Positions 34,053 to 43,700 of a DNA stretch of 64,000 nt are shown piece after piece (position 1 is the stretch's first letter; every line of letters starts with the position of its first letter). The stretch covers positions 12,896,001-12,960,000 of the forward strand of contig OZ281494.1 of the NCBI GenBank assembly GCA_965637545.1, read 5' to 3'. Position numbers and translations under genes: made by a program. The DNA comes from Phallusia mammillata (lineage: Eukaryota). Under the pieces are notes generated by a model that was not told where the DNA came from, did no database searches, and saw nothing but the letters and a program-made list of their open reading frames with translations.

Positions 34053-35720
34053 ATGATTTATGCATCACAAGACTATTGCCTTTCAAAGATGCTGAATGAA
34101 ATGCGACGCAACAATGAATATTGTGACATTGCTTTGGGTGTGAATGACATCGAATTCGCAGCACACAAGGCTGTACTTGTGGCAGCCAGTCAATACATGC
34201 GACAACATTTGGCTACATTGCATGGAGACTTACTGGAGCTACAGATGCAGCTGAGCAATGCTGATGTTTTTGAGGACATTCTTCAATTTATGTACACAGG
34301 CGAAATAAGCTTGACAAAAGACAACTTTGCAGAAATTTCTATGGTTGCATCACACCTACAAATTTCCGCTTTCAAATCAGCAGCAGTGCAGTTTTTAAAG
34401 AGCACACATGACATTCGAGTGAGTGACATTAGTAGCTTGGCTGAACCATCTATGGAAGTTACAGTACCAGATGATTATGCTGAGTTTGAGAGTTTTGATG
34501 AAACAGACTATGATGTTAACAATTCACAGCCGGCCGTAAAAAAGCAGAAACAAGAATATAAGAAGCCAGCAAAACCTTTGTCACGTAATTCATCTTTGAT
34601 GGTCATTGATCAAATTTCCAAGAGGTATAAATGTTCATTGTGTGGCAAAAGTTTTGCCCGGAAACAGGGATGTCTCAGTCATTGTCGACGGCACTGTGTT
34701 TGTAGTATATGTGGAAAAGCTTTTGACACTGAACAAAGTTTAAAAGGTCACATAAAAAGCAAAACATGTGTTGTCTCCGAAAACAAGTCAGCTGTAAGTA
34801 CGAATGCTTCAGTTTTTCTGACTAAAGATGACATTGTAAATGATTTTCGTTTTAAATGTGATGCTTGTTATACAATGTTTCAAATTTTTGAAACATTCCA
34901 GGAACACAGACTCACAGCTCATAATATTGAGGAACTGTTAACATGTATAATATGCAGAGAGTCGTTTGACACAGGAGACTCTTTGAGTTCACACATAAAA
35001 CATCACTATTTGTCAAATGAAGATAGTAGTGATAGTGAAAGTGAGAAAGAAGGTATAACTGAACCAGCCTCGACATCCAAGTTTACTTGCAGAATTTGTG
35101 GAGCAAAATTTAATGAACCTGGAGCATACAACAACCATTTGCTTGCACAATGCAAAACCTCAGGCTTACCGTGCCCAGTCTGTCATAAACTCTTCTCTTG
35201 TAAGCCCAGCTTGCAGCGTCATTTAGAGAAACGTACAAGGCAAGTTCAATGTGGAGTTCAACTAGAAAAAAATCAATTACATACTATCAGTTCGGAGAAA
35301 AATGTGGACAACACAACCAACAATTCTAAATCAGTTTATGGTTTCATTTGCAAAGCTTGTGACCTTGGGTTTGAGAAGTTTTCTGAGTTTGCTTCCCACC
35401 GTGGTGAACAACATGGAGCAAAAGAGGAAATGAAATGTCGATTTTGTGGACTTGTGTTTGGAAAAGAAATATGGATTGACAAACACGTTCAATATCATGT
35501 TCAAGAAGTTTCAGGCCAGTCCAACATTGTACCGAAAAGCTACAAATGCCACATATGTGACTTGGAGTATGAAACAGAGTATGAGTTTGAGTGTCACAGA
35601 ACCGATAGCTGCACTGATGAATGTCGCTTTTGTGGAAAAGTTTTCAAAAGCAGAGCCCAACTACGGACACATGTTTACACACACTTGAGAAAAAACAAAG
35701 TTAAGCCACTAAAAGAATAA
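34053..35720 (+). CDS. BTB/POZ-zinc finger protein, array member 5 (555 aa; lacks the terminal finger of the family)
   Basis: BTB YCDIALGVND..HKAVLVAASQYM..FMYTGEI; finger array. Confidence 0.93.
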   Translation: MIYASQDYCLSKMLNEMRRNNEYCDIALGVNDIEFAAHKAVLVAASQYMRQHLATLHGDLLELQMQLSNADVFEDILQFMYTGEISLTKDNFAEISMVASHLQISAFKSAAVQFLKSTHDIRVSDISSLAEPSMEVTVPDDYAEFESFDETDYDVNNSQPAVKKQKQEYKKPAKPLSRNSSLMVIDQISKRYKCSLCGKSFARKQGCLSHCRRHCVCSICGKAFDTEQSLKGHIKSKTCVVSENKSAVSTNASVFLTKDDIVNDFRFKCDACYTMFQIFETFQEHRLTAHNIEELLTCIICRESFDTGDSLSSHIKHHYLSNEDSSDSESEKEGITEPASTSKFTCRICGAKFNEPGAYNNHLLAQCKTSGLPCPVCHKLFSCKPSLQRHLEKRTRQVQCGVQLEKNQLHTISSEKNVDNTTNNSKSVYGFICKACDLGFEKFSEFASHRGEQHGAKEEMKCRFCGLVFGKEIWIDKHVQYHVQEVSGQSNIVPKSYKCHICDLEYETEYEFECHRTDSCTDECRFCGKVFKSRAQLRTHVYTHLRKNKVKPLKE

Positions 35721-35831
35721 AACAATCTCACCACTGTAACCCCAACCATCCTCACACCAAATTATGAGACTTTGACACTAAATCACTGAATGGTTTAATA
35801 CTTTACCCAAAATGTGACTCCTGGTCATAAC

Positions 35832-36360
35832 CAGGGTTGTAGAGTTGGAGGATTAGGGTGAGTTGAATTTAGACTGTCCAACTTTAACTAGTACAGTCCA
35901 ATATCTAAGGTTACAAAACTCAACTTGCAAACTCAAAAGTTTGCCCTTGACTTATGAAAGGCACACAAATGGGTCCTAAGGCATGTACCTATTAAACGGT
36001 GAATAAAAAACTTTTGATTACATTGAAGTGTACATTGTTGCACCACCGCAACGTTAAAATGTTGACACATCATGCATCATTATGTCGCTGGTTTTTAACA
36101 TACTAATAGAAGCTGGCGGAGTTGTGTTATTTTATTGCAATATTTATTTTCGACTTTTATCCACCTGTCAAACAAACGGCCAATAAAAATTTCCCGCAAA
36201 TAGGACCGGTTTTCTGGGAAGGAGCTTCCCAACTTCCCCACTTTTTTCCCTCATGCCATCTGTATTCAAAAAAAAATTAGCAGTAGAGCTGTAGAGGTCA
36301 GCATATTAGTAATACTAGGGGTTGGTGTTGGAACTTATACTATCCAACTCTGCAACCCTG
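35832..36360. mobile_element. hAT-like MITE between BTB-ZF members 5 and 6
   Basis: 18-bp TIRs CAGGGTTGTAGAGTTGGA / TCCAACTCTGCAACCCTG (1 mismatch); flanks GTCATAAC and ATCATGAC (6/8). Confidence 0.8.
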
Positions 36361-36616
36361 ATCATGACTTTAAACATGCATATTTAGCAAAAAGTTGTAA
36401 ATGTGTGCAAGTTTTTTGTTGCGAACAAGAAAAATGAGTTGTGTACTATTTGATACAAATAAATTAACCCTTCTTTTGTATAATGCACCATTTTGTTATT
36501 TTGTAAACTCATACCGATGTTTGATTTCTGTTTCCAGGTATGTAGGGATGTGTTTAGGGCAAAACCTGTATCTGAATGTTCATATTTAACTGAAAGTGTA
36601 TGAAAACACAACAATC

Positions 36617-38761
36617 ATGATTTATTCTTTGCCTCAATATCCAGAAATGGCATTGAATTTGCTGAGTGAAATGAGAAAAAACAAAGAATTTTGTGACATT
36701 GTCATTAATGTTAGTGGCAACAGGTATTGTGCTCACAAAGCTGTACTTGCAGCAGGAAGCCAATACATGCGACAACATCTTGCCGGACTAACTGGAACTT
36801 TCTTACACTTGCAATTACAGTTGACAAAGTGGAATATCTTCGAAGACGTACTTCGCTTCATATACACGGGTGAAGTGGAATTGACTGAACAAAATGTGGC
36901 AGAAATGACTATGATAGGAACATTTCTGCAAATTTCTGACCTTACAATGTTAACCTCACAATTCCTTAATAGTATGCAGCGGAAAACTAATCCTAAAGTT
37001 GTTTCCGAACCTACTGCTGATGTCAATTCCATTGAAAATTATAGTGTTAATGAAAGTGTTCCCAGCCCTACAGCCAGTGTTGATCCCAGTGAAGATTACA
37101 CTGTTAATGGTATTGAGGAATTTACTGGAATGGAGACCTTCGTAGCTCATGTTGCTAAAAGTGTTGCAAAGGCGGCAAAGACAAAGAAAAAACCTGATGA
37201 GAATGATGACAAGCCATGGACTCCGGGTATGCCACGCTATAAGCCGAAAAGTGCTACAAAACGCCCAGCTAAATCACAAGCCAAATCTTTGCCAGCTAAA
37301 AAGACTAAAAATCAGAGCAAAGTATCAAACAATGTGAGCAACGATTCTATGATTGTGGAAATAAGTTCTAATGTTGCAACAAGCGCAGTGACAAAGACAA
37401 CAAACCAAAAAACATCTGTTACCAATCCCAAAGTTTCTAAACCAGTTCAGTTTGAAATTATCCCTGAAACACTCACTGATAATAATGAAGAAAAAACTGA
37501 GCAGTCACTAATCGTAACGGAATCCACTTTTGTGTTGTTTGACAAGAAAACAGGCAAGTTTTTGTGCAGGTTCTGCAAAAGGCAAAACACAAGATACAAC
37601 GCATGTCTTAACCATGCCGAAAGCCATAAAAACAAACCCTTTGCATGTAGATACTGTGGCGAGTCTTGCAAAACAACCAGTTTACTGTTATACCATTATC
37701 AGAAAAACATAATTTGTAATCAGTCAACAAAAAAGGACCCAAATGCCTTTTTAAGCAGAAAGGATTTTGATGATAGATTTCTGTTTAAATGTGGACTATG
37801 TTTTGCGAGATGCAAGAATTTTGACTTCTATCAAAAGCACAGAAAAGAAAAACATGACATTGATGAGGTGTTGATGTGTTATGTCTGTGATCAATCATTT
37901 GTAGGAAAGGCAACATTACAACAGCACATTGCAGGTCATTATGCTCCGCTGGAACAAACATCTGACAAAGATCTTGAAAATAATGTACAGCATCAGGAGC
38001 AGAAAATTGTTGATTCTAATTGCATGTGCAAATTTTGTGGCAATATCTTTCCTTCTATTGAAGAATACAAAAAACATATGGTAATCAAGTGTGGATTGAA
38101 AGGCCATCAATGTACATTTTGTCACAGAACGTTTACTACTCCCCAGGTGCTCAAGAGACATTTTAAGAATGGCCCTTGTCATGCACGATGGCGAAAAGTT
38201 AGAAAGAGTGAAAATCCACCGCTTACGCGAAAATCATTTGAAAATACAAATGTACAAATGCCAGAATATGGTTATTTTTGTGAAACTTGCAACAAAGGCT
38301 TTAAGAAATTTGCAGAATTTTCAGCTCACCAAGTTAAAAACCACAAAGAAACCTTTGCAAAATTGAAATGTCGCTTTTGCAACTTAGTATTTAGAGATGA
38401 AAAGTGGTTTGCCAATCATACTGGTTACCATGTTAATCAAACCACCAAAACCACTGAGGACTTGACTAAACCATATCGTTGGAAATGTATTGTATGTGAA
38501 AAAGAATTTTCTACAAAGGAAGACTTTCATCATCATAAGCAAATGTCCTGTGCAAAAGAGTGTCGATTTTGTGGCGAGTCAATTCCAGACAAATGGAAGC
38601 TTAATAAGCACATTGCAAAGCATACAAGCCCTAAACCGTTTGATTGCTGGAAGTGTGAAGATACATTTCGACTTCATGATGAACTATTTAAGCATCTTAG
38701 AGATGATCATTCTGTTCACATGCCTAATACTAATATAGAACCAATACTTTTGCCAAAATGA
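36617..38761 (+). CDS. BTB/POZ-zinc finger protein, array member 6
   Basis: MIYSLPQY start; BTB FCDIVINVSG..HKAVLAAGSQYM..FIYTGEV; Lys-rich linker; finger array. Confidence 0.92.
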   Translation: MIYSLPQYPEMALNLLSEMRKNKEFCDIVINVSGNRYCAHKAVLAAGSQYMRQHLAGLTGTFLHLQLQLTKWNIFEDVLRFIYTGEVELTEQNVAEMTMIGTFLQISDLTMLTSQFLNSMQRKTNPKVVSEPTADVNSIENYSVNESVPSPTASVDPSEDYTVNGIEEFTGMETFVAHVAKSVAKAAKTKKKPDENDDKPWTPGMPRYKPKSATKRPAKSQAKSLPAKKTKNQSKVSNNVSNDSMIVEISSNVATSAVTKTTNQKTSVTNPKVSKPVQFEIIPETLTDNNEEKTEQSLIVTESTFVLFDKKTGKFLCRFCKRQNTRYNACLNHAESHKNKPFACRYCGESCKTTSLLLYHYQKNIICNQSTKKDPNAFLSRKDFDDRFLFKCGLCFARCKNFDFYQKHRKEKHDIDEVLMCYVCDQSFVGKATLQQHIAGHYAPLEQTSDKDLENNVQHQEQKIVDSNCMCKFCGNIFPSIEEYKKHMVIKCGLKGHQCTFCHRTFTTPQVLKRHFKNGPCHARWRKVRKSENPPLTRKSFENTNVQMPEYGYFCETCNKGFKKFAEFSAHQVKNHKETFAKLKCRFCNLVFRDEKWFANHTGYHVNQTTKTTEDLTKPYRWKCIVCEKEFSTKEDFHHHKQMSCAKECRFCGESIPDKWKLNKHIAKHTSPKPFDCWKCEDTFRLHDELFKHLRDDHSVHMPNTNIEPILLPK

Positions 38762-39217
38762 TGATGATGATTATTTTTAGTCTTTTGGCAAAATAGTAGT
38801 CACCATAATCATGTGTATTCTATTTTATGTGTATTTCAACTAAAGTGTTTATTTAGAAACAAATACTGCCAACTTATCTAGTTATGAATAAATAACAATG
38901 TGTCCAAAATCAATGTGATATTAATGCTGCCAAAACATCTTTTTTATTTATTGCTTTAAATGTGAACACACCGATAAGACTTAAAACTGTTTAGCTTTCC
39001 TATTAACCTGCACCATTTTAATTTATCCTCACAGGCTTGTTTCTATTTAAATTTCACAATTTGGTACTAGTTTTACCTGATGTTGTTCTTAATTTGCTCA
39101 TACAATAGTCTGTTCTGTGTTTTCATTATGTCCTGTACATACAGTTTTATCATTTTTATTTTTCACTTTCTCAAGGTTTAGGTGTTTTTTTCCAAGGCAG
39201 AATAAAAAAAAACTGCA

Positions 39218-41068
39218 ATGATATATTCATCATTGAACTTTTCTCTGAATTCCTTGAAATTTTTAAATCAACTTCGCAAGAAGAAACAAACATGTGACAT
39301 TAACATTAAGCTGAATGGGGTAAGTTATCCAGCACACAAAGCAATCCTGATTGCAGGCAGTCCATTTCTGCATCAGCACTTGTCCGTGGAGAGTGGATCT
39401 TCCTTTACAATTGGTCTCAAATTGACAAACACTAAAGTAATGGAAGAAATTCTAACTTTTCTCTACACTGGCGATATTGATTTGTCCCAAGACAAACTTG
39501 CCGAGACAATGCTACTTGGAGCATATCTACAAATATCTGAAATACAAACACTGACCACCAAATTTTTGCAAAGTGTACAAACTGTTGGTGTAAAAAGCTC
39601 AGCTCCAATTGAAGTCACTGTTCACCACTTTGTTGATTCCAATGAGGAATATGATGAAGAAAATGATTTTGATGATGAACCAAATCTGGATGAATCTGAA
39701 GAACCAATAAAGGAGGTTACACAGGAGCTTGTCCCCTTTGTTGCTGAAGCTTTACAGGATACAGAAGACAGGTTCAAGGATGTAAAATTTGATGAGGATT
39801 TGAAAAAGCATGTTTGCAAGATTTGCAATCGTCCTTTTAATAACCGCAATAACTGCATGCGGCATACACTTTTACACACTGGAGTAAGGCCCTTTATGTG
39901 TGACCTTTGTGGAAAGTCTTATAAAAGAAAAGAAACACTAAACAAGCATTGTTCCTCTGGTTCTTGTCGAAAAGGTATAAGCCCTACTAAACAACGCAGA
40001 AGAGACAGACAACAGCGATGGATATTTAGAAAAAAGGTCAAGGGAAATAGTAACAATTACAGTATAACTGATCCTCAAATACTAGAATACTTGGACACTA
40101 ACAGCGCACCAGACATTTTTTTGTGCACGAAGTGTGGTAAAGAAAATTCTAGTTTGGGAAATTTTCGCCGTCACATCCGTATCCATACAGGTGAAAAACC
40201 ATTTCAATGTACCACATGTTTGAAACACTTTCCAAGAAAGGATTCATTACAAGCACACACATCAAGATGGAAGAATGGAGCATGTTACGTAGCTCCAGAT
40301 AAGCAATTACCAGAAGGTGCAAGTATTACGAGAACTGTTTCATTAATTAATTCCCACATTAAATCAGCTGGTACTACAAGAGCCATTTTGGAAACAAATT
40401 CCCAGGAAACTTTACCTAGCGATGGTTTAATTCAGGAATTGGAGAATGCTCAAAACTTTTGTCCCTTTGTTTGTGCTGAGTGCGATCTCAGATTTGAGCA
40501 TTTTCAAGACTTTTCCAATCACCGAAGTGTTGAACATGATGTAACTGAAGAGATAAAATGTCCAATATGCCATTTGGAATTTGGAAAAGAGCTGTGGCTG
40601 ACCAAACATTTATTCTACCACAACAAAGAAAGACAGAATACTACTGAATTGTCAACAATAAAGAGAAAAGTTTTTGTGTGCATTTTATGTGCTGAATCAT
40701 TTCAAGATGAAGAATCTTTTCAGGCTCATGGATCAAAAATTTGCATAACTTACTGTCGTTTTTGCAATAAAGTATTTGCAAGCAGGGCTCATCTTGATCG
40801 CCACGTACGTACTCACATTAATGAAGATTTTTTTGCCTGTTCTGTGTGCAAGGACTCATTTAAAACACGCAAGAAGCTTGCAGCTCATTTAAAGCAGGAA
40901 CACTCAATCATAATGCCCAAATATGCTAGATTTGGCAGCATTCCACAGATCGTAGAAGTTGATGAAATAGTATCAAACAATACACAAGATGAAACTAATA
41001 TCCCCATGGAAACAGAGGTTGAAGTCATGGGTTCTGCTGATGAAGGAAATGACTCAATAACCAACTGA
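39218..41068 (+). CDS. BTB/POZ-zinc finger protein, array member 7 (616 aa)
   Basis: BTB TCDINIKLNG..HKAILIAGSPFL..FLYTGDI; classical HTGVRPF and HTGEKPF linkers. Confidence 0.93.
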   Translation: MIYSSLNFSLNSLKFLNQLRKKKQTCDINIKLNGVSYPAHKAILIAGSPFLHQHLSVESGSSFTIGLKLTNTKVMEEILTFLYTGDIDLSQDKLAETMLLGAYLQISEIQTLTTKFLQSVQTVGVKSSAPIEVTVHHFVDSNEEYDEENDFDDEPNLDESEEPIKEVTQELVPFVAEALQDTEDRFKDVKFDEDLKKHVCKICNRPFNNRNNCMRHTLLHTGVRPFMCDLCGKSYKRKETLNKHCSSGSCRKGISPTKQRRRDRQQRWIFRKKVKGNSNNYSITDPQILEYLDTNSAPDIFLCTKCGKENSSLGNFRRHIRIHTGEKPFQCTTCLKHFPRKDSLQAHTSRWKNGACYVAPDKQLPEGASITRTVSLINSHIKSAGTTRAILETNSQETLPSDGLIQELENAQNFCPFVCAECDLRFEHFQDFSNHRSVEHDVTEEIKCPICHLEFGKELWLTKHLFYHNKERQNTTELSTIKRKVFVCILCAESFQDEESFQAHGSKICITYCRFCNKVFASRAHLDRHVRTHINEDFFACSVCKDSFKTRKKLAAHLKQEHSIIMPKYARFGSIPQIVEVDEIVSNNTQDETNIPMETEVEVMGSADEGNDSITN

Positions 41069-41681
41069 CATAAAATAAGCAGTCTGTAAAACCATACCAT
41101 TGCTAAAAATCAATTTAAGATTGTTTTGTGACATTCTATTTTGAGCTAAGCTGGTAACAATGAACTTTAAATTTATGTGTTTGCTTGGTAAGATTCAACT
41201 GAACAAAGCATTTAAATTAACTCGTGAATTGTATTAAGCAGGAAAGTGCACAACTACTAAACGAAAAAGTGGGATAAAAGGTAAAGTCTTTACTAATATC
41301 AAAGTTGGAACGTTTTTCATGACTTATTATGGGTGAGAAAACAAACCCTAAATTTGTTGCATAGAATTGCTAAATTGGTTGTGACCAAAGTGTTTAAAAG
41401 ATCATGTTTTATATGTTGCCCAACGTTAAAACAGCAACAACAAACCAGAAAGTTTGTTGATGTGAAAAAAGTCCTGTAACTTTTGATATGTATATGACAG
41501 AAATTGGTACAACTGATACTGATGTTAAACATTTTTGTTCATTGCTTTTGTGTTTGTATCTGCTTATGTGATGTTTTGTATGAAATAGATAATACATGTA
41601 TTTGGATTTTTCAGGTGACTGTGATAGGGGTCTGTATTTAGGATTTGGTAGTGGCAGTTGCAAATATTTAGGGACGACAAA

Positions 41682-43412
41682 ATGTTATACGTTTCCCCAA
41701 ACTTTGGTGGAAAAACTCTCCAAACTCTGAATGAAATGCGAAAAAATGAGCGCTTTTGTGATATCACCATTGCTATTGGTAGTTACAAATTCCCAGCTCA
41801 TAAATCTGTTTTAGTGGCAAACAGCCCTTATATGGCACAAGAAATTGAAAAACTACATGGAAAAACTTTGACAATTGGCTTGACTTTGTCAAATCCTGCT
41901 GTGTTTGCTGAGTTACTGAACTTTTTATATCTTGGTGAAATCGAGCTGACACAGGAGAAGTTAGCAGAGGTTATGCTACTTGCCTCTTTTCTTCAAATCT
42001 CTGAAATACTAAAGATTACCTCCGAGTTTGTGCGCGCGATGCAAAGTGCTAACACAAGTATTAACAATAATGCCATAACAGACAACATTCATTCGGATGC
42101 AGAAATTTCTGATGCTGAACAAATGACTGATGATGCTGGAAATACCTCGTTGGAGTCAAGTAATTCTGAAACATCAGCAATACAACAAGCAAACACTAAT
42201 GTTCTGTCAAGTACTTCAAACGCAATGGAAGTTTATTCAACACCCAGTAATGCTTTAAACTCTAGTATGGTGGAAAAATCACCAGGACAATTTAACTGTT
42301 CAGGATGCAAAATGGTTTTTACCAATCAGCTTGATCGTGCAATGCACACTGTCAAGTACTGCAAAAACAGGAAGAAAATGAAAAATTTATTGCAAAAGAA
42401 GAAAAAATCTGGTCGACTAGAGATACAAACCACTAAAGATGATGATCTAGAGACATATGGCAATTGTATTGAAATGTACATTGAACATGTTGAAAATGAA
42501 AGTGTAAAGAAGTTCTGTCGCAATCTTCAAGGCAAAAAGCGAAAATGTCTGGCTTGTGATTTTGAGTGTGCCAAAATGGTTGAATTTCGACGTCATGTGA
42601 CGCAACACACTGGAGATACTCCTTTTGGTTGTCGTGCCTGTGGTAAAGCTTTTAAGCGAAGCGACATTTTAAAGGCCCATTTGCTGCGAAGTACTCGCAA
42701 TTCTTGTGGACAATATTTAGTTGACCATAAAGGTATGTTCAAAGACTTTAATGTGACACCAACATCACAGCTAACAAAGAAGTTTGAAAGTTTGGTGAGT
42801 TCTACACTTGAAGTCTTCTCAACTGGAGAAAATTTCCTGAATTTTAAATGCAATAAATGCATTGAAGAGTTTGAAAGCTTTGAGGAGTTTTTTTCTCATA
42901 GAAAAGATGAACATGACATAGTTGAAGAGATCAAGTGCCCAATTTGCAAGCTTGTCTTTGGAAAGGAGTCTTGGTTGGATGCACATCTAGAGTATCATCG
43001 AACTAAACCCAACAATACAATGACTGTGGCTACACCTGTTGTAAAAACCAAAGTATTTCAGTGTATCTTATGTGAAGATGTGTTCCGCACAGAAGATGCC
43101 TACGAGCTGCATCGACGAAAAAACTGTGCCAACTGTTGTCGATTTTGCAAGCGAGTATGCAAAAGCAGATACCACTTAGATCGACATGTTAGGTCCCATA
43201 TCAAAGACAAGCCTTACAAGTGCCCTGTTTGCCATAGGAGCTTTAAACACCATGAAAGACTGGACATTCATGTAAAGGCAAAACACTCAATGACAATGCC
43301 CAAAGACATTCGCCAAGCTCAAGCTGCTCATGTTATTGAGATTTTGGATGAACTTTCAACTGAGCTGTTAGATGAAATGGGTATCGGAGAAACAACTGAA
43401 CTTCCCCAATAA
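41682..43412 (+). CDS. BTB/POZ-zinc finger protein, array member 8
   Basis: MLYVSPNF start; BTB FCDITIAIGS..HKSVLVANSPYM..FLYLGEI; HTGDTPFGC and KDKPYKC fingers. Confidence 0.92.
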   Translation: MLYVSPNFGGKTLQTLNEMRKNERFCDITIAIGSYKFPAHKSVLVANSPYMAQEIEKLHGKTLTIGLTLSNPAVFAELLNFLYLGEIELTQEKLAEVMLLASFLQISEILKITSEFVRAMQSANTSINNNAITDNIHSDAEISDAEQMTDDAGNTSLESSNSETSAIQQANTNVLSSTSNAMEVYSTPSNALNSSMVEKSPGQFNCSGCKMVFTNQLDRAMHTVKYCKNRKKMKNLLQKKKKSGRLEIQTTKDDDLETYGNCIEMYIEHVENESVKKFCRNLQGKKRKCLACDFECAKMVEFRRHVTQHTGDTPFGCRACGKAFKRSDILKAHLLRSTRNSCGQYLVDHKGMFKDFNVTPTSQLTKKFESLVSSTLEVFSTGENFLNFKCNKCIEEFESFEEFFSHRKDEHDIVEEIKCPICKLVFGKESWLDAHLEYHRTKPNNTMTVATPVVKTKVFQCILCEDVFRTEDAYELHRRKNCANCCRFCKRVCKSRYHLDRHVRSHIKDKPYKCPVCHRSFKHHERLDIHVKAKHSMTMPKDIRQAQAAHVIEILDELSTELLDEMGIGETTELPQ

Positions 43413-43700
43413 TCAGTTATTAATCTTCATACTTAGCGATTTACATACGGATAATACCTTCAGTGTGACAAACTATGTAATCTTAACACATCTTTGAGAA
43501 CCGCATTTTGTCTGCTTTGACTGTTGCAACCCAGCTTGAAATTATTTGTTTTCAAGACTAACATTTTTACATTTTTAGTTGTACACATTTTGTGATAATA
43601 TGATTTTGCATATGTGTGTCCAAATCTGTTTTTTTTTAAGTGTTACAATTTAATGTTCTTACAGGGGAAATACTGTACAATAATAGACAGTGACTGAGTT

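Noticed and set aside
25021-43412. Idea that the BTB-ZF proteins are KLHDC3 substrates through C-terminal degrons
   Set aside because: Their C-termini (KTSR, IETM, DDSI, ETVT, PLKE, LLPK, SITN, ELPQ) do not end in Gly.
25021-43412. lola/mod(mdg4)-style locus with one BTB spliced to alternative finger cassettes
   Set aside because: Each unit has its own complete BTB in frame with its fingers.
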